NCBI GenBank assembly: GCA_002269645.1
Contig: NIVC01000438.1
Coordinates: 62,001-126,000, forward strand
Direction of reading: 5' to 3'
DNA length: 64,000 nucleotides
Origin: Macrostomum lignano
Lineage: Eukaryota
Shown in pieces: positions 23,134-34,572 of the stretch. The position numbers and the translations under genes are program-made. The notes under the pieces were generated by a model. That model was given only the letters and a program-made list of their open reading frames with translations. It ran no database searches and was not told the origin of the DNA. Every line of letters begins with the position of its first letter. Position 1 is the stretch's first letter.

Positions 23134-23956
23134 ATGCGCCAAAAACGCCTACTTCTACTGCTAATTCTCTTTGCGATCGCAGTTTCTGTTGTCATGGCGA
23201 CGCCGATGGTGTACACGGCAGTTCGAATGCGCAGCATCTCGACTCCAGCTGCCATGGAGTCGGCGCCAGGACTCGGCAGGTTGGAATGCGCCGAGCTCTG
23301 CTCTGTGACGCCCGCCTGCTTCGGCTTCAGCTGGCTGCAGGGTTTGTGCCGGCTCTTTGACTGGCTGGCGTTCAGCAGCACGGATGGCTGGCAGGTCTGG
23401 GTGTCATGCAATGTGTACGCCAGGATTGACGGTAAGACTTCATGCACCCAGTATTAAGAAATTTACTAATTTACTTTTACGATTTCATATTGTGCAATAT
23501 TGCTTCAGCTTCAGATGGAAAGCTTGTGGAACAGGTACTTTGACCCCAAATAACTTCCAGACTCGCAGCCGCCTACTCAGCTAACACTCGAAAGCTGCTC
23601 GCAGAGCTCAACGTATTGGTTTGGCGGTTGTGAACGAGCAATTGACGGAAACCGGAACCAAGACTACTTTGCAGGCTCGTGCGCCCACACCGGAAAAAAT
23701 CTGTTCGAATGGTGGGAGGGGCAGCTGGCCGCTCCATCGCTTGTCTCTTACGTCACCATCTACGTACAACAGACAGGACTTCTGCCCTGGCCGACTCAAC
23801 AAATTTTCGCTGCAGGTGGACGGCGTCGAGTGCAACCGAGTGAACCGGACGGTGCCGTTCTCCGTGGCCAACTTCAGCTGCAACGCCTTCGGCAGACGAG
23901 TTCGAGTTGTTAACCTTCGTGAAATTCCTGTAACGATTTGCGAGCTTGAGGCCTAA
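23134..23956 (+). pseudogene. Chimeric PAN + F-lectin gene with 4-bp frameshift (exons 23134-23431, 23561-23956)
   Basis: Intact exon 1; exon 2 NQDYFAGSCAHTGKNLFEWW. A TACG duplication at 23761-23764 shifts the frame exactly where the sequence switches to the type-B copy of 3225-3416. Confidence 0.87.
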
Positions 23957-25507
23957 GCAAGACTAAGCAAGACTCTCTACTAAGCAAGCTGTTATTGCAA
24001 GTCACCAGTGATGAATATTGAAATTTCAATTATATTGGAATTAGAAGATTAAAGCAACACTGATGAAAGTTTGAAAATCTCTATTGACTTCCTAAATAGA
24101 ATTGACTCTGCTTATGTGGTGACCCTTGTCCATGTCACTATCCAGTTTACCGTTTACGCATGGATACGTGAGTCGGAAGGGAGTAACGCGGAAATTGAGT
24201 GCTCACCGGTCGATACGACAGTCCACAATGTCTGCTTGCCGTTGAGATCACTATTTTGGCTGCAGTATTGCGCGTACAGTTTTGGTCTCTGTCTCAGTCC
24301 AAAATCCCAATCCCAATCTCTAATCTCAAGCACACAAAGAGTCCAGCAAGTTTGCAGTGCGCTAGCGGCACTTGCATCAAAAGCTGTGCAACGGATTTTC
24401 GGGTATTTTGGCATCTAGTCAACCCCACATTCTTACATGAACGAAAACACATTCTGTGTCACGCCGTGCAGAGTTTAATAAACTTCAATCACCAAAGAAC
24501 AGAAATCCATATTTAAAAATAAGAACTTACGAATAAGAATTTAACACTCGAATTTCTTAGAAATGAGCTGGAGATGCCGGCCTGTCGTACCGAAACCGAA
24601 ACCGCATTCTCGAGAGCATACCAAACGCAGTAATGATACGACAAATATACAGTGGTTGCCTTCATCAAATAGTTTTTTAAAGAAATTTAAGCCGAGCAAA
24701 GATGATATTATAAAGCATCTGCCTGATTCAAGGGCGCAGTGGAAGCGGGACTTAAGGGCTTGCTGAAGTTGTTATGGAGAGGCCTCGGCAATGCCAAGAT
24801 GAGGGAATTAAAATAATCATCGAAACGTTTTTTGTCGCGATGCTTGACCGCATCCTGTTGCGCTCTCGCTTGTGTTTGCTCAGAGCAGCCCCCAATCTGC
24901 GATTTAGGCCACTTTGAATAACGGGTTTGAAGCCGTTGCTGCAAAAACACAGCAATAATTTAGAGCACCACCATGCGCTGTAAGCTGCCACTTGCGCAAT
25001 CAGCTCATCGGTCTAGAAATCCGGACCCCATCAAGCTCGTTTCCGTAAATTGTCTTCCTTCCCCTTTCTCATCCTCGAGTATCTGTTTAAGAGTCCTCGA
25101 TTGTACTGCTTGTTGTGACTCAGTTCCCATTCGAAACCCAGACAACCGAGGGTCTGCTGACTAGGTGGTGGTTTGGAGTTGCAATTTTGGACGGTGTTCT
25201 CAATTCGTCCGTCTTCGTTAGCTATTTCTCCGTTCTGTTGGGCCCTCACCTCATTGGATACTGAGACCCGAAGGAAAGTCTGCTGGCAGCACAACTGCCC
25301 GACGTTACTATCAAAGACTTCAGATTTGAGCCGCCTCACCCACAGGAAGTTGAGTTATTCTGCGGACAACAAGAGGCACAACATATTATATATTTCAGCC
25401 AATGACTTTGCTTGCTCCAATGGCTACCCCTCCCCCGTTATATAGTAGTGTCGATGATTTCCAAAAATGACTCGCATGGAGCAACTGATCAAAATTTCTA
25501 GTAAACC

Positions 25508-26091
25508 ATGAGGGCAATCCTGCTGCTTTTTCTATTGTTTGCGTTCGGCCTTTCGGTTGTCATGGCGACGCAAAGCATGTACGCGGCTGTTAAAAAGTGG
25601 AGCCTGTCGAAAATCCGTGAGCTGTACAATTACGAGTGTATTCATTTAAATCTCTAAATCTCCAAGCAAAAGTATGACTGTCACTTCCAGAGTTGCGGCG
25701 AACAAATCGTCTATCTTTTGATGGCTGCACGCAGAGCTCAACCTTGGGTTCTTAACATTGTGGCCGGGCAGTAGACGGAAACCGAAACCAAGACTCATAC
25801 TCAGGTGCCTGCTCTCACACCAACAAAAACCCGTTCAAATGGTGGGAGGGGCAGCTGGCCGCTCCATCGCTTGTCTCTTACGTCACCATCTACAACAGGC
25901 AGGACTGCTGCCCTGGCCGACTCAACGAGTTCTCGCTGCAGGTGAATGGCGTCGAGTGCAACCGAGTGAAACTGACGGTGCCGTTCTCCGTGGCAAACTT
26001 CAGCTGCGACTCGTTCGGCAGCCGAGTTCGGGTGACAAACCTGCTCAGCCAGTTCCTGACCATTTGCGAGATCGAGGCTTACACGCTGTAG
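25508..26091 (+). pseudogene. Duplicate of the PAN-less F-lectin gene with nonsense codon (exons 25508-25616, 25691-26091)
   Basis: Near-identical to 5280-5863. TAC>TAA at 25753-25755, but the canonical RQDCCPGR motif is retained. Confidence 0.88.
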
Positions 26092-27301
26092 CTGAGCTCG
26101 TCTCGATGTCAACTCAAAGAACTCAAAACAGTAAAGCAGCATTGTAACTAACGCGCAGATCATAGAAAACACGTCTATCAAATATATCAAGCATGTAGAG
26201 TAGAAATCAACTGTTAAACCTGGGCAGTATTATTTCATTTAGGCAGTATGTCTGATGATATTTGAACCTTCAAAAAGTATAGCTTCAAGTCTCTAAGCGG
26301 CAGTTTTCGAAGTACCGGTCTGAATGTTCTTGCTGCAAAATTTCCTACTTGCAAAATGCTTAATTCAAAGGTTCGAGTATTGACCGTAATGCAACAGTAG
26401 ATTGTAACTCTGTAATTTTCGATAGTTTCTGCCTGACCAGGTAGCTGCAGTCCGTGCTGTCGTGAAACTCCTTTAAATCTGTTTGCGGCTAGTGATGTCG
26501 GTAGTTTATGCACGTGTCTTTTATATTGAGTTGGTCAATGGTGAGAGCAACTCGGAGTCGATCTGAGCAACCTGCGTTTTTATTGTGTTGTCTGATGCTA
26601 TAGTCAGTGGTATTCAAGCCTGCGCCCATTAACTTTGATCACTTTGTCAGGATTGGCGCCTAGAAAACGGAGATTTACGCATTAGTTTCAAAAGTTCAGC
26701 GGTAATTCGATTGGCCAAACAGGGGTGTTTCTTAAAACAGCAACTACCTTTCACTGGGTAGACTTAAAGCAATATTGGCTTCGAATTTCAATAAATCTGA
26801 TACAGTTTTATTCACTCTATTACTTACAGCAGATAGTTTAGCGAATTACTAAATACTCATACTCAATACAAGATATTTCATCTACTTCTGCCGCTTCCCA
26901 TTGCTTTTGTTCAGTTTCCGTCGTCATGGCGACAAAAACCCCGCGCACGGCTGTCACCAATAATATTTGACAGTTAAAAATTTGCTTGTTCCTTCTAAAA
27001 GCTTTGCACCCATTAAATGTAGCCAGCCTCAAAACATTTTTCTCGTGACCTGTCGTTTACACAGCAAGACAGCCCGCCGATCTCACACTAACTAGCTGGT
27101 TTATCTTCCTTCTTTGTTGAGCAAACTCACGGCCATGCTTCCATGCATGGGCAAAGTCAAAATGAAGCAAGCGGCTTGCCTAGTCTGGAAGAGGGATAGA
27201 GCGTGCCAATAATCACAGAGGTCGCTCACTACGAAAAAACCTCAACTCTTAAAATCGACGTGAAACTGAACACTGACACCTGCAGCTTCTGCTAGCTAAA
27301 G

Positions 27302-27978
27302 ATGAAGCTAATTCTGCTGCTGCTGCTGCTATGCTCTACATGGGAAGTTTCGTTTGCCATGAGCATCCACATCCAATTCATGGCAGTCAAACTGCGCAGC
27401 AACTCGACTCCAGTTGCCATGGAGACCCTGCCTGGTAAAGATTCAATGAACTGCGCCCCGCTCTGCGCTTTGAGGCCCACCTGCTTCGGCTTCAGCTGGC
27501 TGCAGGGTCTGTGCCGACTCTTTGACTGGCTGGCATTCAGCAGCACGGATGACTGGCAGGCATCGGAGTCATGTGACGTGTACACCAGGATTGTCGGTAA
27601 GATGTTATGCACTAGTATTAGGAACTTGACTAATTCACTCTGTGCAAATTTATAGTGTGCCTAAATTGAACGCGACAATTAAGCTCGTGGTAACATTATT
27701 TTGACCGCAAATAACTTCCAGACTCACAGCCACAAACTCAGCTGAAGTTCGAAAGCTGCTCGCAGAGTTCAACGCACGGGTCGAACGTTTGCGGACGAGC
27801 AATTGACGGAAACAGGAACCAAGACTACTATGGAGAATCAATAAAACTTTCAGTCTTCTGTAGGAACCTTCAAGCATTCGATAATGGATATGTCTTGCGG
27901 CTTGGAAGTTTCGATTTTTGTTGCTTTATGTATGGGACCTCAGAAAGCAGTTGGCTAGTCATGACTCATTTTCGATGA
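27302..27978 (+). CDS. PAN protein with truncated lectin domain and novel read-through C-terminus (exons 27302-27596, 27722-27978; 183 aa)
   Basis: Copy of the 7074 gene up to DYYG. A deletion junction at ~27835 joins 3' flank sequence like 11905 onward, in frame, to TGA 27976-27978. Confidence 0.6.
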
Positions 27979-28439
27979 AAAAAGCTCAGACAATTTATAA
28001 ATAGTTGGAAGTCCTTAGTCCTAAGGTTCCGTGTGGACATAGCGACAACAAGCCTAAACACGGCTGTCACAATTAATATTTAACAGTTAAAATCTTGTTT
28101 GGTTTCGCCTAAAAGCTGAGACATCGAAATTGTGTACACATTTGATGTTTCCTGCAGCTTCAAGATATTTTTCGCGCGGCTTGTTTACACAGCAAAACAG
28201 CCCGCCAATCACACTCACTAGCTGTGTATCTTCCTTCATTGTTGATGAGAAAACTAACGGCTATGCTTCCACAGGCAAAGTCGAAATGAAGCAAGCGGTT
28301 TCTCCAGTCTGGAAAAGCGAAATATCGTGTCAATAATCAATAAAGTTGTCGCTCCTTGCGGAAAAGTCTAAGCTCTATAAATCAACCGTTTGCTTCCGCT
28401 GAAACACTGAAAAGCTGACACCAGCTTCTGCTAGCTAAG

Positions 28440-29257
28440 ATGAAGCTAATTCTGCTGGTTTTGCTTTGCTCTGCGTTGGAATTTTCGTTGGCCATGAGCG
28501 TTCAACTCCAATTCAAGGTGGTAAAACTGCACAGCAACTCAACTCCAGTTGCCATGGAGACCCTGCGTGGCAGAGATTCAATGAACTGCGCCACGCTCTG
28601 CGCTTTGAGGCCCGCCTGCTTCGGCTTCAGCTGGCTGCAGGGTCTGTGCCGACTCTTTGACTGGCTGGCGTTCAGCAGCACGGATGGCTGGCAGGCCTCG
28701 GAGTCATGCGATGTGTACACCAGGATTGTCGGTAAGATGTTATGCACTAGTATTAGGAACTTGACTAATTCACTCTGTGCAAATTTATAGTGTGCCTAAA
28801 TTGAACGCGACAATTAAGCTCGTGGTAACATTATTTTGACCGCAAATAACTTCCAGACTCACAGCCGCCAACTCAGCTGAAGCTCGAAAGCTGCTCGCAG
28901 AGTTCAACGCACGGGTCGAACGTTTGCGGACGAGCAATTGACGGAAACAGAAACCAAGACTACTATGGAGATTCCTGCGCCCACACCGAAAACAACCCGT
29001 TCGAATGGTGGGAGGGGCAGCTGGCCGCTCCATCGTTTGTCTCTTACGTCACCATCTACAACAGGCAGGACTGCTGCACTAATTGGCTAAAAATATTCTC
29101 GCTGCAGGTGGACGGCGTCGAGTGCAACCGATTGAACCTGACGGTGCCGTTCTCCGTGGCCAACTTTAGCTGCAACGCCTTCGGTAGACAAGTTCGGATG
29201 ACGAATCTGCGCACCGGGTACTTTACCTTTTGCGAGATCGAGGCTTACAGGCTGTAG
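28440..29257 (+). CDS. Secreted PAN + F-type lectin, intact chimera (exons 28440-28731, 28857-29257)
   Basis: Upstream region and exon 1 are of the 12488 type with all Cys kept; intron and exon 2 are of the 7074 type (RQDCCTNW). Ends VRMTNLRTGYFTFCEIEAYRL*. Confidence 0.92.
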
Positions 29258-29699
29258 CTGAGCTGGTGGCGAATGGCCTCAGCGACCTGCACAATGGAAC
29301 TGCAAGCTGTAATTTTGAGAAACTGAACGGCTGTGATATGAAAACAGTTGCAATCAATAAAAGTTTAAGAACATTCTGCAGAAACTTTCAAGCATTCAAA
29401 AATGAGTATGCCTTGCAGATTGGAAGTTCAAGTATTTTTGCTTTTTAGTTTATGGGACCCCAAAAAGCACTTAGCAAGTCGAATCGGTTTTCAAATCAAA
29501 CAGCACTGACATATTTTATAAGTTTGAAGCCCTTCGTGTCGATGTTCCGTGTGGATACTCTCAATCTGATCCATAAAGCGGGCTGCTGATGGAGAAGGGC
29601 CATCGCTCCACTACACTGAATCGGGTTGCTTCTCTTCATCGGTAGATTTCTAGAGATATCATCTCGAAATTGATTAAGTAATTTTTTATTCTACCTTAA

Positions 29700-29905
29700 G
29701 GACGCAAGACAGAATCCAAATCGAATTGTGGGAGGCGCAGCAGGCCGCTCCATCGTTTGTATCTTACTCTTACGTCACCATCTATAACAGACTGGCCGAT
29801 TCAACGAGTTCTCCTTGCGCATGAACTGCAGCGAGTGCAACCGAGTGAGCCTGACTGCCATTATCAGTGGCCGATTATACATGCAACGCTTTCGGCAATC
29901 TTGTC
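29700..29905 (+). pseudogene. Decayed type-B F-lectin exon remnant
   Basis: GAATTGTGGGAGGCGCAGCAGGCCGCTCCATCG...TACGTCACCATCTATAACAG...GAGTGCAACCGAGTGAGCCTGAC. Confidence 0.75.
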
Positions 29906-30819
29906 TTATCTTGCTTCGCCTTTTGCCATCTTGAGGCGTGGCAATCTCCAGTCCACTTAAATCTGATGGCTGCAACTCTTTTACCCTGTTATTGCTGTTA
30001 AGCATACAGCCGCCCAAGCTGCAACCGCCCGACCTTCACCAGAGAGCAGTTCACTTGGATGTTGTTTAAACAGTTGCACCGGGTCGTGAGTCCGGTGCCG
30101 CTTTGCAAGAGGGGGGGGGTTCCTCGTACGTTTGTGCGAGCTCCCTCCTTAAGCGGTATTTCGTGTCTATAGACTAAATATAATAACTATAGGATATATG
30201 GAAGCTCGCATACCCAATGTTCTTTTTACGTATTCATACCACTGTAACTTGAGAGGGTTGTTACCTAGTAGTTAGAGCGTCGGACTCACCACTTGAAGGT
30301 CGGGGGTTCGATTCCCGAATCCACTAGAAGCAATTTGTGTCCTTGAGCAAGACACTGAACTCTGGGGATAGCGACCTTTGTCAGCCGACGTTTGCAGGCG
30401 ACCATTGGTTAAAGAATTATGCCCTCTCTAGGCTTACATGTACTTGCATTTGAAAACAGCAGACATAGCACCAATCTAATCCCACCTCGCTCCCTACTAC
30501 TGCTACTAAATATACAGGTTACTAACAAACTACTGCTCACTAGAACCCTCTTCGTCTTCTCGATATTTTTGGTAGGTTTTAGTAACAGGTACCAAAGAAC
30601 TCTGCATTGCTTCAGTCCACCCAGCTGTAAAATGGGTGCCAGTCGTATTAGTTGGGGTAATTGAGGGTGGATATGGCGACCCCCAGTCCTCGGACTGAAC
30701 AGCCGTACGCAGCCTTCAGATGTGCCGCGCAATAGCTGCGGCTGAGCTGTCGGTTGCACATCTGCCATTAGGGCAGGTGTAATAGATTATTATTATTATC
30801 TTACTGTAACTTACCCGTG

Positions 30820-31010
30820 TACACAGCAGTATCACAGTACACAGCAGTATCACAGTACACAGCAGTATCACAGTACACAGCAGTATCACAGTACACAGCA
30901 GTATCACAGCACACAGCAGTATCACAGTACACAGCAGTATCACAGCACACAGCAGTATCACAGTACACAGCAGTATCACAGTACACAGCAGTATCACAGT
31001 ACACAGCACA
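30820..31010. repeat. 18-bp minisatellite (ACACAGCAGTATCACAGT)n, ~10-11 copies
   Basis: Direct inspection. Confidence 0.95.
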
Positions 31011-31400
31011 CACCTGCAACGGCTGCGGACAGTTGCGACTCCAATCACCAGAGTACATATCATGCCTTACATGAGATCCAAGATTTAAAAGCGCTGAATA
31101 AAACAAATTAACCATGGAAGACTAAGAAAACAAATTAAATATTGCCATGCCACATGTTATGTAATCAGCTCGACACCTTCAAAAGTTTCCTAAAATTTGA
31201 CTTCCTGGCCGTAATAGTAGCTAGCTAAATGTTACAATTTGAGATAGCTTAATGTTTGCAGTATTTGATGTTATTCGATTGTACGAGCGCACTTGTTCTT
31301 TGATGGCGAGCTGTAAACACCACTGCCTATGTTTCCATATTGGACTCGATTTGCATCCGCATTCCGCACTGAGCCGCTGACATGAGGCTCCAGTGTTCGC

Positions 31401-32073
31401 CTAAAGGCAGCTGAAGTTGGCCACGGAGAACGGCACCGTCAGGTTCACTCGGTTGCACTCGACGCCGTCCACTTGCAGCGAGAATTTGTTGAGTCACTCA
31501 GTGCAGCAGTCCTGTCTGTTGTAGATGGTGACGTAAGAGACAAGCGATGGAGCGGCCAGCTGCCCCTCCCACCAATCGGCATTGCTGCGGGACAGATGCA
31601 TGAAGATTTGGTCCCTGTTTCCATCGATAGCTCGTTAGCAGAATCCGCCTCTTGTGGAGCTCTGGTTGCAGCCAGCAAGGCTGGGCTGAACGGGTCCTGT
31701 TGAGTTGCAATGGCATCATCGAGTTACTGTCACTTGATTTCATTTCTTAAACAACTATGCAATCAATATACTTACGTATTATAGTCATGGTGTACACGTT
31801 GCATGACTCCGAGACCTGCCAGCCATCCGTGCTGCTGAATGCCAGCCAGTCAAAGAGCCGGCACAGACCCTGCAGCCAGCTGAAGCCGAAGCAGGTGGGC
31901 CTCAAAGCGCAGAGCTCGGCGCATTCCAACCTGCCGAGTCCTGGCGCAGACTCCATGGCAGCTGGAGTCGAGATGTTGTGCACTTTTACGGCAGCAAACA
32001 TGATTTGGGATGTCATGACAGCCGAGAATGCGAGTCCAGACAGAGACAGCAGCAGGAGTGGACATTGCCTCAT
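31401..32073 (-). pseudogene. Inverted PAN + F-lectin gene, exon 2 disabled (exons 32073-31776, 31696-31401)
   Basis: Exon 1 MRQCPLLLLSLSGLAFS...CAELCALRPTCF intact; 79-nt phase-1 intron. Exon 2 has GAA>TAA, loss of the CxHT segment and the motif Arg CGA>TGA. Confidence 0.87.
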
Positions 32074-33763
32074 GTTTCAAGACTTACCTCGCACCTGGGT
32101 TGATTGAGACTTGTGGAAAATCTTCGCTGCGTTTCTCCTAGTAAAAATCTATTCGTGAGTGAAGACTAAGAAAGTCGAATACGAAATGGAAAAAGAAGTG
32201 AAGACAAACAATGTCCGGGATCCAATTGGCTATTGTCCTAGCATAATTTGTTCGAAGTCGGTGTCAAAGAAAGCTGCTTGCTATGTTTGCCCTGTATACG
32301 GTAGCTCATATGCCAAACCGGTCTCCCTTGGCTTGAATTTCTGAATTCACCCCATTAATATATAGACATTGTTTCTACTTTTTTGTGCTTTAATTTCTTT
32401 TTAGGGTGGTGGGTCTTGACAAACCAGGAACTGTTTGACAAGAACAAACAAGTAAGGCTTCATAACCAGCTGATATTGTTGTTTGCATACAATTTGAGGA
32501 AATTGCATATCTAGCAGCTTCTACATACGCTCGCACATGTAAATGGAGGCACGCTATGATTTTTGGCAGGGGCTGTGTGCACCCTGGCGCAGTTTAAGCG
32601 ACATTGTCACACAACCGGCGAGAGGCATTACTGCCCATTGCGCTGACTCCCCTAAGAAGGCACACAAGCGCACTGATACATACGCAGTCACACGCACAAG
32701 CACATGTACACTTCATTGTGCCTTGAGGGTTGGCCGGCCTTAAGGGCGTTAGTTGCACGAGCAGATCGAGCCAAGCCGAGATTCGATTTTAGCCCCAAAT
32801 TACTGTGACTGCAGTTGGAATTGAGCCCGGGCCGCAGGCATGTAAGAGCGTCGCGGTAGACCGCTGGGCTACGGCACTCAGTCACGCTATTGCAGACTTT
32901 CGCAGAACCGTTAGCAGCATTTTCACAAAAATGTGCACATCCATTCTAAACTCTACTTCTTTAAACGGCATTTTACGGAAAGTTTATTTCAAATTTGGCA
33001 TACTAGCGTGCGCCGCTTAAGTCACGAGCTCGAATCTGCAGCAACTAAACCAACCGTACACATTGGGTAGCAAACAAGTGTGAGGCGAGGCACATCCTAG
33101 ACAGTTGGTTGACTGCAAGTCGGTAGTGACAGTCGGACCGATTCTGGAAAAAGTTGGTCCCTGCCGAGCTCAGTGGAAGATTCGAACTCGCAACCAGAAA
33201 CCGCAACCCTAACCGAAACGAAGAAGTAGGCTGCCAAAGAAAATCTTATTTTCCAACAGACCAAATGAGCTTAGACACAGACCAAATGATGTTTTTCACG
33301 GCCCCGTTGATTTTTTCTCATCACCTTTGCCTGTCAATCATCCTGGGTAAAAGTTGCTGTTCCGACAATATTCAAAGCAAAAAAGTTTCTAAATGTAGTG
33401 AAAAAAGATACATTAAGCATCGCTTTTAGAATTCAAAAGCTACCAGGGTATGCCATAATGCATCATGCATAGTAGCTCCTCCTCCCGATAGAAGATTTAT
33501 CATTCATGCATGAATAAAATTTAAGACAAAGCCAACATCCCAGGAAGCTGACTTTCTCTGACGCCATTAACACATGCAAACACTTCCGGTAGAGCGTGAA
33601 ACTCTTTTGTTTGCTTTCGCATCGTTTCAATTTCCTGTTCGACTGCCCCACTATTAGCTAGGCTTCCATTAGGGCTTGGATGCAATTGTTATAAGGAGAC
33701 ACGCAGTGAAGTTTGGCCATGCACAAGTCTCCATCAGCCCTGCTAAACAGCAAGTCTTGAGGC

Positions 33764-34572
33764 ATGAGGCAAGGTCTAATTCTGATGCTGTCTCTGTCAG
33801 GACTCGCATTCTCGGCAGTCACGACATCCCAAATCATGTTTGCTGCCGTAAAACTGCACAACATCTCGACTCCAGCTGCCATGGAGTCGGCGCCAGGACT
33901 CGGCAGGTTGGAATGCGCCGAGCTCTGCTCTGTGAGACCCGCCTGCTTCGGCTTCAGCTGGCTGCAAGGTCTGTGCCGACTCTTTGACTGGCTGGCATTC
34001 AGCAGCACGGGTGGCTTGCAGGTCTCGGAGTCATGCGATGTGTACACCAGGATTGTCGGTAAAACGTCACGCACCATGTATTAGGAATTTGACTAATTCA
34101 CTTTGTGAGAATTCACGGTGTGCATTAATAATATTGCTTAAGGTACAGGTACTTTGACCGCAAATAATTCTCAGACTCGCAGCCGCCAACTCGGCTAAAA
34201 CTCGAAAGCTGCTCGCAGAGCTCAACGTTTGGGTCTAGCGTTTGTGAACGAGCAATTGACGGAAACCGGAACCAAGACTACCGTGCCGATTCCTGCGCCC
34301 ATACCGGAATAAAGTCGTTCGAATGGTGGGAGGGGCAGCTGGCCGCTCCATCGCTTGTCTCTTACGTCACCATCTACAACAGGCAGGACTGCTGCCCTAA
34401 ACGACTCGAAAAATTCTCGCTGCAGGTGGACGGCGTCGAGTGCAACCGAGTGAGCCTGACGGTGCCGTTCTCCGTGGCCAACTTCAGCTGCAACGCCTTC
34501 GGCAGCCGAGTTAGAGTGGTTAATCTTCAAGACTTTCCTATAACGATTTGCGAGCTTGAGGCGTCTAGTTGA
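33764..34572 (+). CDS. Secreted PAN + F-type lectin, intact, canonical fucose-binding motif (exons 33764-34058, 34175-34572)
   Basis: Signal peptide, PAN, phase-1 intron, NQDYRADSCAHTGIKSFEWW...RQDCCPKRL, type-B C-terminus VVNLQDFPITICELEASS*. Confidence 0.93.
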
